Positions 1 through 8,632 of a stretch of 64,000 nt of DNA are shown one piece after another. The notes below the pieces were generated by a model that saw nothing but the letters and a program-made list of their open reading frames with translations, was not told where the DNA came from and made no database searches. Location: assembly GCA_041697335.1 (NCBI GenBank), contig JBGUGD010000039.1, forward strand, positions 64,001-128,000, read 5' to 3'. The stretch comes from Vampirovibrionaceae bacterium NZW_1234. Lineage in GTDB: Bacteria; Cyanobacteriota; Vampirovibrionia; Vampirovibrionales; JAGQHJ01. The number at the start of each line of letters is the position of its first letter. Position 1 is the stretch's first letter. The translations under genes and the position numbers were made by a program.

Positions 1-102
1 GCGACGATACCAAATCGCAATCAAACATCACCATTTGTTAAGTTACTTGAGACAATCGACCACCCCGGATTAGGGGATGATGTTCCAGATTAGCCAACCC
101 AT

Positions 103-1527
103 CTAAAAAGGGAAGGGAGGCTTCTTACCACCTGGAAAGCCACCAGGAAACGGAGGAACTCCTTTTGCCCCTTTGGCTCCTCGAGCCATCTTCATTCCCA
201 TGGGCATTTTGCCCTTCTTCATCTGGTCGGTCATCTGAGTCATCTGCTTCATCATCTGACGCATCATCTCAAAATCTTTCAGAAACTTGGAAATATCGGC
301 CTCTTGCATACCGCAGCCTTTCGCAATTCGAAGCTTACGACTTCGGTTAATCTGCTCTGGCTTGCGACGTTCCTCCAAGGTCATACTGTTAATCATAGCT
401 TCAACACGTCGAAGCTGCTCTTCCCCCCCATGGGCCAACATTTCCCGCATATCCTTGGTTAACCCTGGAATCGGAAGCATCCCCAGAATTTGATCTAAGG
501 AACCCAAGCGCTTCATGGTGCGCTGTATCTTCATAAAGTCTTCCAAAGAAAACTCCTGCTTGCGCATCTTACGCTCAAATTCTTTGGCTTCATCCAGATC
601 GATGGCTTCCTGAGCCCGCTCAACCAAGGAAACCACATCACCCATCCCCAGAATACGGGTGGACATCCGCTCGGGGTAAAAAGGCTCAAGTCCATCCATC
701 TTTTCACCAGTACCCACCAGCTTAATGGGCTTTCCGGTGACCTCAACCACACTAAGCGCAGCCCCTCCCCGAGTATCGCCATCCAATTTGGTCAAGACAA
801 TCCCGGTCACATCCAACTGGGTATTAAAGGTCTCTGACACATGGATGGCCTCCTGGCCCGTCATAGCATCAATAACCAACAGCTTCTCTTGAGGCTTCAC
901 CATGCGCTCCAAAAGCAACAATTCCGCCATCATCTCAGTATCCACCTGAAGGCGGCCAGCCGTGTCAATGATAATGGTATTGAGCTGTTGCTCCTGCGCA
1001 TATTGAAGCCCTTGCCGGGCAATCTCAAGAACATCGGTGGAATTTTCAATAGAAAACACCGGTATACCGACCTGTTTCCCCAGAGAAATCAATTGGTTGA
1101 CCGCGGCAGGCCGATACACATCAGCGGCAATGAGCAAGGGTTTTTTGCCCTTTTTACGCAATTGAAGGGCTAACTTACCACAGGTGGTGGTTTTCCCCGA
1201 GCCTTGCAAACCAAACATCATAATGATTGCAGGATTGCCCTCCAGATCGAGGGGCTTGTTTTCACCCCCTAAAAGGGCAGTAAGCTCATCATGAACAATC
1301 TTAACCAACTGCTGAGAGGGAGAAACACTTTTAATGACGTTCTCGCCTTCTGCCCGTTCTTTAATACGCGTGATAAAGGTCTTTACAACACGCAAGCTGA
1401 CATCCGCTTCCAATAAAGCCCGGCGAACCTCTTTCAGGGCTTCGTCAATATTTTCAAGGGTCAGTTGCTTATTGCCACCAAGACTGGCAAAGCTCTCTTG
1501 TAACCGTTCTGATAACTGATCAAACAT
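103..1527 (-). CDS. ffh: Signal recognition particle protein Ffh (SRP54)
   Basis: GLQGSGKTT P-loop, DVYRPAA, DTAGR, TKLDGDTRGG, Met-rich M-domain. Confidence 0.98.
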   Translation of the reverse strand: MFDQLSERLQESFASLGGNKQLTLENIDEALKEVRRALLEADVSLRVVKTFITRIKERAEGENVIKSVSPSQQLVKIVHDELTALLGGENKPLDLEGNPAIIMMFGLQGSGKTTTCGKLALQLRKKGKKPLLIAADVYRPAAVNQLISLGKQVGIPVFSIENSTDVLEIARQGLQYAQEQQLNTIIIDTAGRLQVDTEMMAELLLLERMVKPQEKLLVIDAMTGQEAIHVSETFNTQLDVTGIVLTKLDGDTRGGAALSVVEVTGKPIKLVGTGEKMDGLEPFYPERMSTRILGMGDVVSLVERAQEAIDLDEAKEFERKMRKQEFSLEDFMKIQRTMKRLGSLDQILGMLPIPGLTKDMREMLAHGGEEQLRRVEAMINSMTLEERRKPEQINRSRKLRIAKGCGMQEADISKFLKDFEMMRQMMKQMTQMTDQMKKGKMPMGMKMARGAKGAKGVPPFPGGFPGGKKPPFPF

Positions 1528-1555
1528 ACTGGACTACCTAAATACGCTGCTTGGG

Positions 1556-2566
1556 TCAATCAAATAAGGCATTCACGAATGCTTGGGCATCAAAATCCCG
1601 AATATCCTCAATTTTTTCGCCCACACCTACCAATTTAACAGGTAAATGATACTGTTTTGCAATGTTAAACACAATGCCGCCCTTGGCGGATCCATCCAAC
1701 TTGGTCAATGCAACCCCAGTCAGCTGAACCGCTTCCTGAAACACTTCGGCTTGACGCAAGGCATTCTGCCCGGTCGTGGCATCAATCACTAACAAGGCTT
1801 CGTAAACTAAATCCGCAGGGGCTTCTCGCTCGATAATACGCTTGACCTTGCGAAGTTCTTCCATCAGGTTGAATTTGTTCTGAAGCCGCCCTGCCGTATC
1901 AATGATCAACACATCAGCCTTGGATTCAACGGCATGATGAATGCTGTCATAGATGACAGCTGCGGTATCCGCATTGTCTTTACGCACCAACTCAGCACCC
2001 GCCCGCTGGGCCCAAACTTCAATCTGGTCTTCGGCAGCGGCCCGAAACGTATCACCCGCCGCAATGACCACTTTTTTGCCTTGCTGGACGAATCGATGCG
2101 CCAATTTGCCAATCAATGTCGTTTTTCCAGCCCCATTGACCCCCACAATAAGGTAAAGATTCAATTTCCCCGCCTCATATCGCAATTCATTGGCATGAGG
2201 ACCTAATGCCAATGCTCGGGAAAATTCGTCCTGCAAGAATACCTTCAACTTATCGGTGGGGTGTACTGCTGGATTCTTGCGAATCTTTTCCGTTAATTCC
2301 ACAGCCATATCGACACCCACGTCCGCTCGGATCAATGTTTCTTCGATAGTTTCCAGATCGTCTTCCGTTAAAACCCGACTGGCATCAGCCCCCAAAGAGA
2401 GAATTTTACCAACCAAGGCTCGACCGGTAACAGATACAGCAGACTTGAGTTTATCCAAGCCCGACGCCGCTTCAGGAGAAGACATAGGTTCGGATGAGGC
2501 AGAAGCTACGGCTGAAGATTCCTGAGTCGTGCCTTCAACTGTTTTTTTGCCAAAGAGTTTAAACAT
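1556..2566 (-). CDS. ftsY: SRP receptor FtsY
   Basis: GVNGAGKTT, DTFRAAA, DTAGR, TKLDGSAKGG. Start moved to MFKLFG (ATG 2566), overlapping the nusB stop by 8 nt. Confidence 0.95.
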   Translation of the reverse strand: MFKLFGKKTVEGTTQESSAVASASSEPMSSPEAASGLDKLKSAVSVTGRALVGKILSLGADASRVLTEDDLETIEETLIRADVGVDMAVELTEKIRKNPAVHPTDKLKVFLQDEFSRALALGPHANELRYEAGKLNLYLIVGVNGAGKTTLIGKLAHRFVQQGKKVVIAAGDTFRAAAEDQIEVWAQRAGAELVRKDNADTAAVIYDSIHHAVESKADVLIIDTAGRLQNKFNLMEELRKVKRIIEREAPADLVYEALLVIDATTGQNALRQAEVFQEAVQLTGVALTKLDGSAKGGIVFNIAKQYHLPVKLVGVGEKIEDIRDFDAQAFVNALFD

Positions 2567-3236
2567 TCCCTGGGACCTCGGCAACGGTTTTGGCGATTTG
2601 TCCCAGAACGCCGTGAATAAACTTCCGGCTTTCTTCATCGGTAAAACGCTTGGCCAGCTCCAAGGATTCATCAATAACAGTAGCTGCATCAATGCTGTCA
2701 ACATAAAGAAGCTCGGAGACAGCCATGCGAAGTAGCACCAAATCCATCTTGTGCATGCGATCAACACGCCAATCCTGGGCGGCTTCCTCTATTTTGGCAT
2801 CAATCTCGTCCTGATGGCGTGTCACACTGCGAACCAGCATCATGCAGTAATTCTGCACATCTTCTCGTTCGGACAAAGCTTTGACTTCGGGCAAATATAG
2901 TGCTTCTTGCAGGTTTTGCACAGCTGACAACAAAGTATCTAATTGGGCCTGCATATCATGAGTGGTTGGAATGGGCACAGCAACCGTCGGGAGTTGATGC
3001 GGTATATGCTCATTGTCTGGATGGTCAAGCTCATGATCCAGAAGTGTCTCTTTGACAGCTGCAATCTTATGGGTCACGGTTTCCAACTGTTCCTCCGCCA
3101 AAGACTCCAAAGCTCGAACGGTATCAACAATCTGTTCTTGCAGGGACAATTTTTCCCAGACAAGCTTTTCGCCTTTCTTTTCGGCTTGGAACAGTGCAAA
3201 GACGGCTAATTCTCTAGCAATAGAACGTGCTTTCAT
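2559..3236 (-). CDS. nusB: Transcription antitermination factor NusB (long, cyanobacterial-like)
   Basis: RSIARELAVFALFQ N-terminus; DWRVDRM..MD..LLRMAVSE and IDESLELAKRF..EESRKFIHGVLG C-terminus; central insertion. Confidence 0.93.
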   Translation of the reverse strand: MKARSIARELAVFALFQAEKKGEKLVWEKLSLQEQIVDTVRALESLAEEQLETVTHKIAAVKETLLDHELDHPDNEHIPHQLPTVAVPIPTTHDMQAQLDTLLSAVQNLQEALYLPEVKALSEREDVQNYCMMLVRSVTRHQDEIDAKIEEAAQDWRVDRMHKMDLVLLRMAVSELLYVDSIDAATVIDESLELAKRFTDEESRKFIHGVLGQIAKTVAEVPGNV

Positions 3237-3420
3237 AACGATGGATCCTAGCACAAAAACAATGTGTCTAGTACTCTAGCACCTTTAGGGTCTCCATTTC
3301 ACCTGCTGATGAAAAAAATAGCCCGAATTTGCATCCAGCACAACGTTATGTTACAACCATAGCCATTATCTCCAGCGTGGTTTTGGAGAACAGAGTGAGC
3401 TTTCAGGGGAGATTACAAAA

Positions 3421-4458
3421 TTGCGCATCCGTCTCCAAGCCTACATCAGACCCAACCTGCAACATGTCAACGTCAGTCCTAAAGCACTGCCTATTGGAAA
3501 TCAGCGTTTCGCAAGCAGTCCGAGTTCCAGTTCTGATGAATCGCCTTGGATGGACCCACTCACAATCCGACTAAACCATCAAAGCTACCTAAATCCGATT
3601 CAGTCCGGCGAATCCATCCGTGTGACCCATTGTGCTAAGCTAGGCTCCTTGGGTGCTAAAGAGAGTGTTTATGCCAGTTACTGCCCGGAAATTGCTTCAG
3701 TTGCCGCAGAGGATCAAGTAAAATTAACCCATAGTGCCGTTTTGGGTGATATCCGCCCTAAACCCACAGAGCAAAATCCCACTCCATATGTAAACCGGTT
3801 AACCCTGAACCAAAGTAAACTGTTGGGAAGCGCCTTCGCTCGTAATATCGACGCCTATAAAAGCGATATCAATCACATTTACGCCAAAGAAAGCGCATTC
3901 CTCTTGGATACAACCGTACATGGCACAGTAAAGGTGGAAGCGCAAAAGCTTGTGGCCAAAAACTGTCCGAAATTGAATCATGTCATTTCACTGAATCAAG
4001 CCGAGTTAAGTCAGATTCCCGTCATTGGTCATCTAGAAACACAGGGAACCTTGGTTCTAAACAACTGTAAGGTCCAAGGCCATGTCAAAGCAGGACCTAA
4101 TAGCCTCATCCATAGCAGCCAGATTGCAGGCACACTCTCTGCCCGTAGCAATTACATGGTCTTACAGAACAGCACGGTTCACGACGTGAGCATCCAAACT
4201 CCGCTTCGATTACCAGAAATAGAGCACAGGCCACTGAAAATTAAACTCACCCGCTACATTCCCGCACCCCAGTATCTTCTCATCGACAAATCCTCTACCG
4301 TCAAGGGTGACATTACCTTTATGAATGGAGGGGGGTATGTTATCGCTGAGCGCGGCGCAAAAATTATAGGGGATATTATCAACGGCCATTTCTATTGGGC
4401 AGATTCTTTCCCCAAGCTTCTTTCCAGGGCGAATGAACTCTCTCAGCCCCCCCTGTGA
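3421..4458 (+). CDS. Hypothetical protein, probable beta-solenoid (repeated S/V-x-G-x-V/I strands)
   Basis: 345-aa ORF, TTG start after GGGGAG; repetitive short strands (STVKGDITF, CKVQGHVKA, SQIAGTLSA). Confidence 0.65.
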   Translation: MRIRLQAYIRPNLQHVNVSPKALPIGNQRFASSPSSSSDESPWMDPLTIRLNHQSYLNPIQSGESIRVTHCAKLGSLGAKESVYASYCPEIASVAAEDQVKLTHSAVLGDIRPKPTEQNPTPYVNRLTLNQSKLLGSAFARNIDAYKSDINHIYAKESAFLLDTTVHGTVKVEAQKLVAKNCPKLNHVISLNQAELSQIPVIGHLETQGTLVLNNCKVQGHVKAGPNSLIHSSQIAGTLSARSNYMVLQNSTVHDVSIQTPLRLPEIEHRPLKIKLTRYIPAPQYLLIDKSSTVKGDITFMNGGGYVIAERGAKIIGDIINGHFYWADSFPKLLSRANELSQPPL

Positions 4459-4744
4459 ACAAATATTACGGTAGTGTTTACAACGCTCTTAAAGCGGGAA
4501 TATCTCTAAATAGACACGGATCAATGAGACACTAATTGAGCGATACATACCCCATTAATAGAGTTCATCCGGGTTTCACCTATACCCTGCGTTGCGATGT
4601 TTCACCTGATGACCTGAACCCGGTACTGACCCTATCCTTCATTAACTGATATATCGGAATCAAATCTTCTGGCCATAAGGGCTCTCATTGGCCTGTCATT
4701 TCCTCGGGTTAACTGCTGTGAACTGACTTAGGAGACTGCTCGCT

Positions 4745-4906
4745 ATGACCATGCCGAATCCTTTTGTTGAAATGACCATGCCCAATCCTTTTGTCGAAGA
4801 TGCATTTGATCCTCAAGCCTATGAAAGCGAATCCTCTACAGACCTACCGTGGTCTATGGGTGTGATGGGTTTATGTGCCCTGATGCTGTTAACCTTTTTT
4901 ATGTAA
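4745..4906 (+). CDS. 53-aa small protein with duplicated MTMPNPFVE and C-terminal hydrophobic helix
   Basis: AGGAGA RBS; hand translation MTMPNPFVEMTMPNPFVEDAFDPQAYESESSTDLPWSMGVMGLCALMLLTFFM; terminator downstream. Confidence 0.65.
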   Translation: MTMPNPFVEMTMPNPFVEDAFDPQAYESESSTDLPWSMGVMGLCALMLLTFFM

Positions 4907-4986
4907 CCATCTCGGAACCGTTCTCTCGTTGTGCGTATAACCCTATAGCCATGAAACCTTGTTCCTGTTTCATATGACCATCTTTG

Positions 4987-5016
4987 AAATCCTGTCAGAA
5001 TGGCAGGATTTTTTTT
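4987..5016 (+). terminator. Intrinsic terminator
   Basis: AAATCCTGTCA-gaa-TGGCAGGATTT followed by T run. Confidence 0.75.
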
Positions 5017-5150
5017 GAGCGCTCTTATGATGAAAAAATAGAGTCTTGTAAAAAATATATAATATTTATATTAAATCAAGCAATATAGAGCTTGACTAGG
5101 TTTTTATTTAAATACAATTTATATAACAAGCCCAAAAAAGGTGTAAGGAC

Positions 5151-5351
5151 ATGGAACCAATCATAAGCACAAATACACGCTCATCCAGCCTCATTACGGA
5201 TGACGAGATTGCCAGTATTATTGACGCGTACTATAAACAAAAACACCAGGAAAATATGCCCACTCCTGGCGAGGTCAATACGTTAAAACTTCTATCCTCC
5301 ATGTCGAAAGATTCACCTTGGACACGTGGCAAACAAAGTATGGTCCACTAA
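5151..5351 (+). CDS. 66-aa hypothetical protein
   Basis: TAAGGA RBS, AT-rich upstream region, terminator at 5404. Confidence 0.5.
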   Translation: MEPIISTNTRSSSLITDDEIASIIDAYYKQKHQENMPTPGEVNTLKLLSSMSKDSPWTRGKQSMVH

Positions 5352-5403
5352 ACCCCACAAGGCAACACTTTGGCAACACCATTGGATTGAGAAAAAATCA
5401 TAT

Positions 5404-5439
5404 AAAAGCCAGGTTTACATGAAATAAACCTGGCTTTTT
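5404..5439. terminator. Bidirectional terminator
   Basis: AAAAGCCAGGTTTA / TAAACCTGGCTTTT inverted repeat between convergent genes. Confidence 0.8.
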
Positions 5440-5445
5440 CAGTAT

Positions 5446-6354
5446 CTATAAAGGTTCCTCACCAGAAACTGCCCCTATAAAGCAAGACCCCAGCACAATA
5501 CCATTCTCAAGTAGCTGAGTGAGCATGGGGATAAATTGGCTATAGAAAAGTCCTGGGGTCAACCCGGGCATCTGCGACGCGATGTGGGAATAGACCGGCT
5601 GAATCGAATCCAAGTATGACAAAAGGGCATTAGGGTGGGACTGAAGCGAATTCAGCCAAGCTGCCAGAACCGAAGAAACCTCAAACGATCGGCAGCGAAA
5701 CGGTCTGTCAAACGACCGATACATCCATACCAAGGTTGATCGGGGGGATAAAAAATCGGGCGAAAGCCTTGTTTCAGGATCAGATTTTAACAGTGAGACC
5801 AAAGAAGGAATGGGATAGGACAACTCCAATAGCGCTGAGGCCTGATTCAGGACCGGTACCATCAATGCAAGCTGGTCCTCACTTTCTGGCATAACCTTCA
5901 AGCGAGATTCCGGATAAGTTGTATCTGGATAACTAAGTAGACAAGCCTGTACCCACTCATAACGTGCTAAATCAGGCAAATAGGGCCAACGTTCCTGAAC
6001 AACCGCATGCCCGGCTAAATAATCAGCAAAAGCTTCCCCAACGGACATCAACCGATAAGAGCGGCTGGCCGGAGTCCAATCATAATCCTCGAATACCTCA
6101 TCCCAAACATCAACCAATACCATTGCCGTCAAGGAAAAAATTGACCTTAAGGTTTGTTCTACATTGGCCTGGAGCATATAAGCATATTGACGGTAATGCT
6201 CAAGTACCGGCTGCTGCATCGCCTCTTTTTCTCTATCTGATAGAGATGATTGAGCCCAAAAAACAGCAAGAGCATCTGATGACTTGAGTGCGAGCTTGCC
6301 CTCAGAGGTTGTCATCAGTTGCTTAAAGATCTGTTGAAATTCTTGAAGCGTCAT
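5446..6354 (-). CDS. DUF2063-family partner protein of the MNIO enzyme (HvfC/BufC-like)
   Basis: L.EFQQ.F N-terminus; GEAFADYL and WPYLPDLARYEW; overlaps the DUF692 stop (ATGA). Confidence 0.85.
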   Translation of the reverse strand: MTLQEFQQIFKQLMTTSEGKLALKSSDALAVFWAQSSLSDREKEAMQQPVLEHYRQYAYMLQANVEQTLRSIFSLTAMVLVDVWDEVFEDYDWTPASRSYRLMSVGEAFADYLAGHAVVQERWPYLPDLARYEWVQACLLSYPDTTYPESRLKVMPESEDQLALMVPVLNQASALLELSYPIPSLVSLLKSDPETRLSPDFLSPRSTLVWMYRSFDRPFRCRSFEVSSVLAAWLNSLQSHPNALLSYLDSIQPVYSHIASQMPGLTPGLFYSQFIPMLTQLLENGIVLGSCFIGAVSGEEPL

Positions 6355-7241
6355 TTTTGGTGAACCCCGAGCGGAAGGCTCACACCGTTGGATTTTCCTG
6401 ATGAATGACAGATAGAACGAATTTGATCCAATTCAGAGAGTAACGAATCAATGGGAGGCAGATTGTCATCTCGTTCAAGTAATATACCTTTGGCACAAGT
6501 CCGCTGAATTACCACTGCAAGTAAATCCCATACTTCCGAACAGACCGGCTCGGCATGCGTGTCGACAACAAGGTGCTTCTGTCGCAAGTGACCTGCCACG
6601 TGAAGCTGAACCACACGCTCAAGAGGGATAGCATTTAGAAATTCACCTGGGTCATAGCCATGATTTTGAGCATTAACAAAAATGTTATTCACATCAAGCA
6701 GCAAACCACAGTCGGAACGCTCGAGAATTTCAGCTAAAAACTGAGCCTCGGTCAGCTCTTGTGGCCCCATGGTTGCATAATACGAAATGTTTTCAATTAA
6801 AAACGGACGTTCCAGCCGTTCCTGAACAACCCGGATACGAGGCACAATATGATGCACCGCCTCCCAGGTAAACGGCAACGGAAGCAAGTCGTTCAAATAA
6901 ACACCATCCACGGATGAAAAACAGAGATGATCGCTAAACCATGGCGGATCAATGCGCTGAAATAACATGGCCAAATCCCGGAGATATTCTTCGGACAGCG
7001 GATCAACACTTCCGATGGAGAGATTAACGCCATGGGACACCATGGGGAACCCATAACTCCTGGCCTCTTCCAGCATCCAGATACTGTGTCCACCTTTGCC
7101 CATAAAATTTTCAGGCACAATCTCCAGCCAGTCAATGGTTGAGCGATGAGCCATGATCTCATCGAACAACCCATGTCGCAACCCCAAGCCAACACCAAGG
7201 TGCGGAAGATGCCTCATTTGCGTTTTAAAAAGACTCTCCAC
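6351..7241 (-). CDS. DUF692 multinuclear non-heme iron oxidative enzyme (MNIO; MbnB/TglH/ChrH/HvfB family)
   Basis: GVGLGLR, WLEIVPENFM, HGVNLSIGS, SDHLCF, IENISYY, LLLDVNNIFVN..NHG, LHVAGH, DTH, LLERD; GTG start after GAGGTG. Confidence 0.96.
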   Translation of the reverse strand: MESLFKTQMRHLPHLGVGLGLRHGLFDEIMAHRSTIDWLEIVPENFMGKGGHSIWMLEEARSYGFPMVSHGVNLSIGSVDPLSEEYLRDLAMLFQRIDPPWFSDHLCFSSVDGVYLNDLLPLPFTWEAVHHIVPRIRVVQERLERPFLIENISYYATMGPQELTEAQFLAEILERSDCGLLLDVNNIFVNAQNHGYDPGEFLNAIPLERVVQLHVAGHLRQKHLVVDTHAEPVCSEVWDLLAVVIQRTCAKGILLERDDNLPPIDSLLSELDQIRSICHSSGKSNGVSLPLGVHQK

Positions 7242-7319
7242 AAAAACACCTCACAACAGTGACCCTGCAATTTCATTGTCCTTCAGCACACCCGAGAAAG
7301 CAATAACGGCCGGTGGCTA

Positions 7320-7353
7320 AAAACCCTACACCAGATAAGTGGTGTAGGGTTTT
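7320..7353 (-). terminator. Intercistronic stem-loop after the precursor gene
   Basis: 14-bp stem AAAACCCTACACCA / TGGTGTAGGGTTTT, 6-nt loop. Confidence 0.7.
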
Positions 7354-7407
7354 AGACGAATTCACCTGCCTGTTGTTGCTAAAAACAGTGCAGACAGATG
7401 GTGAAAA

Positions 7408-7866
7408 TTAGTGCGCTTTTTTAGCGGCGCACTTTTTTTCCATGGATTTGGCTGCAGCACATCCTTTATCAGCATTCTTAACGGCTGCACACTTTTTCTC
7501 GACATGCTTGCCAGCAGCACATTTTTTCTCAGCAGACTTGCCGGCGGCGCACTTTTTCTCGGCAGTTTTAGCAGCGGCACATTTCTTTTCGGATTTTTTA
7601 GCGCCACACTTGGAGCCACACTTGTGCTCGGACTTTTTGGCGCCGCACTTGGAACCACATTTGTGCTCGCTCTTAGAACCACAAGAGCCTTTACCACACG
7701 CAGCATCGCCACCCTTTTCAGCAATCAATTGGCTGTTGGGGATTTCGCTCATCTGAAATAAACCGGACATGGAAGCATCTTCGGCCATGGCCATAGAGGA
7801 CAACATACCAGCACCCAATAACGACATACCCAAGGCTAACGAAGCGGCCTTTTTGGACTTTTTCAT
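7408..7866 (-). CDS. Secreted Cys/Lys-rich MNIO RiPP precursor (HvfA/oxazolin-like), 152 aa, 12 Cys
   Basis: AAAGGAG RBS; Sec signal MKKSKK...SMAMA; CG and CAA repeats; directly upstream of DUF692-DUF2063. Confidence 0.9.
   Translation of the reverse strand: MKKSKKAASLALGMSLLGAGMLSSMAMAEDASMSGLFQMSEIPNSQLIAEKGGDAACGKGSCGSKSEHKCGSKCGAKKSEHKCGSKCGAKKSEKKCAAAKTAEKKCAAGKSAEKKCAAGKHVEKKCAAVKNADKGCAAAKSMEKKCAAKKAH
7411..7671 (-). repeat. Coding tandem repeats: 2 x 13 aa (SEHKCGSKCGAKK) and 6 x 10 aa (EKKCAAxKxx)
   Basis: Read directly from the translation; 39-nt and 30-nt DNA periodicity. Confidence 0.9.
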
Positions 7867-7919
7867 GGAATTGCTCCTTTTCAAAACTGTGAAATACTAC
7901 TACTTTTACTCTACAGGAC

Positions 7920-7947
7920 GTAATACTCCCCCTGTTGGGAGTATCAC
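7920..7947. promoter_or_regulatory. Palindromic operator candidate (CsoR/RcnR-like G/C tract)
   Basis: GTAATACTCCC-cctgtt-GGGAGTATCAC, 10/11 symmetric, about 55 nt upstream of the precursor ATG. Confidence 0.55.
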
Positions 7948-8109
7948 TAAAATACCATATTTTTTGGGTTCTCCCGCTTCATAGGCTTAGAGGAATATTC
8001 TATCTAAGCCTACATTTCAGCGCATCAAGACGGTGTTTTTCCTGGCTTTTCAGCTATAATAGAGGGCCCTTCCTGTCTCATTATTTACCAAATAAAAGGA
8101 ATCACCATT

Positions 8110-8553
8110 ATGTCCCAAGTCACTCTGAACAATGCCCCGGACCTTCGAAGCAGTTATCCCAGAAGTCCCAATGATCTGGTGGGGGACTATATTTTACTGG
8201 GTCGAATTCTTGATAAATGCCGAGCCGTTCTTGCTGGAACAAATGGAGAGTATAATTATAACTGTCCGCTGGATCGACGGTTTTTCGACTTCACTGGAGT
8301 AGATGCCAACGCGTTCAAAGACCAGGTTGCCCAAGGAAAAACCGATGAGGAGATGCTCGCCTGGGTCAAAGCCAATAGTGCCCCCAGAAGTGAAGATGAA
8401 ATTCTCGCATGGAGCCATGAAAGTCGCTGGGCTCAACCTACAGAACCGGCCATGCGCGCCCACTTTGAACGAACACGTCGGGAAATAGCTCCTGACAGGC
8501 CTTACATCCAATCCTGGTTCCAGTTACTCGATACCGAAGAAGGTCGTTACTAA
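8110..8553 (+). CDS. DUF5069-family protein
   Basis: DL...YPRSP....G.Y..LGR..DKCRA..AGT.GEY.YNCPLD..FF.F.G motif; AAAGGA RBS. Confidence 0.8.
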   Translation: MSQVTLNNAPDLRSSYPRSPNDLVGDYILLGRILDKCRAVLAGTNGEYNYNCPLDRRFFDFTGVDANAFKDQVAQGKTDEEMLAWVKANSAPRSEDEILAWSHESRWAQPTEPAMRAHFERTRREIAPDRPYIQSWFQLLDTEEGRY

Positions 8554-8577
8554 TCTTTCAGACTAATTGCTCATAAG

Positions 8578-8612
8578 AAAGCGGCCAAGGATAAATTCCT
8601 TGGCCGCTTTTT
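8578..8612. terminator. Bidirectional terminator
   Basis: AAAGCGGCCAAGGA / TCCTTGGCCGCTTT. Confidence 0.8.
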
Positions 8613-8632
8613 CATAATGGTGAGTATCGATC

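Noticed and set aside
2567..2767. 67-aa N-terminal extension of FtsY in the ORF track
   Set aside because: Overlaps nusB in another frame; ATG 2566 gives normal translational coupling
7362..7761. Alternative-frame and antisense ORFs over the precursor; repeats as a possible CRISPR
   Set aside because: Shadows of in-frame coding repeats; no unique spacers and no cas genes
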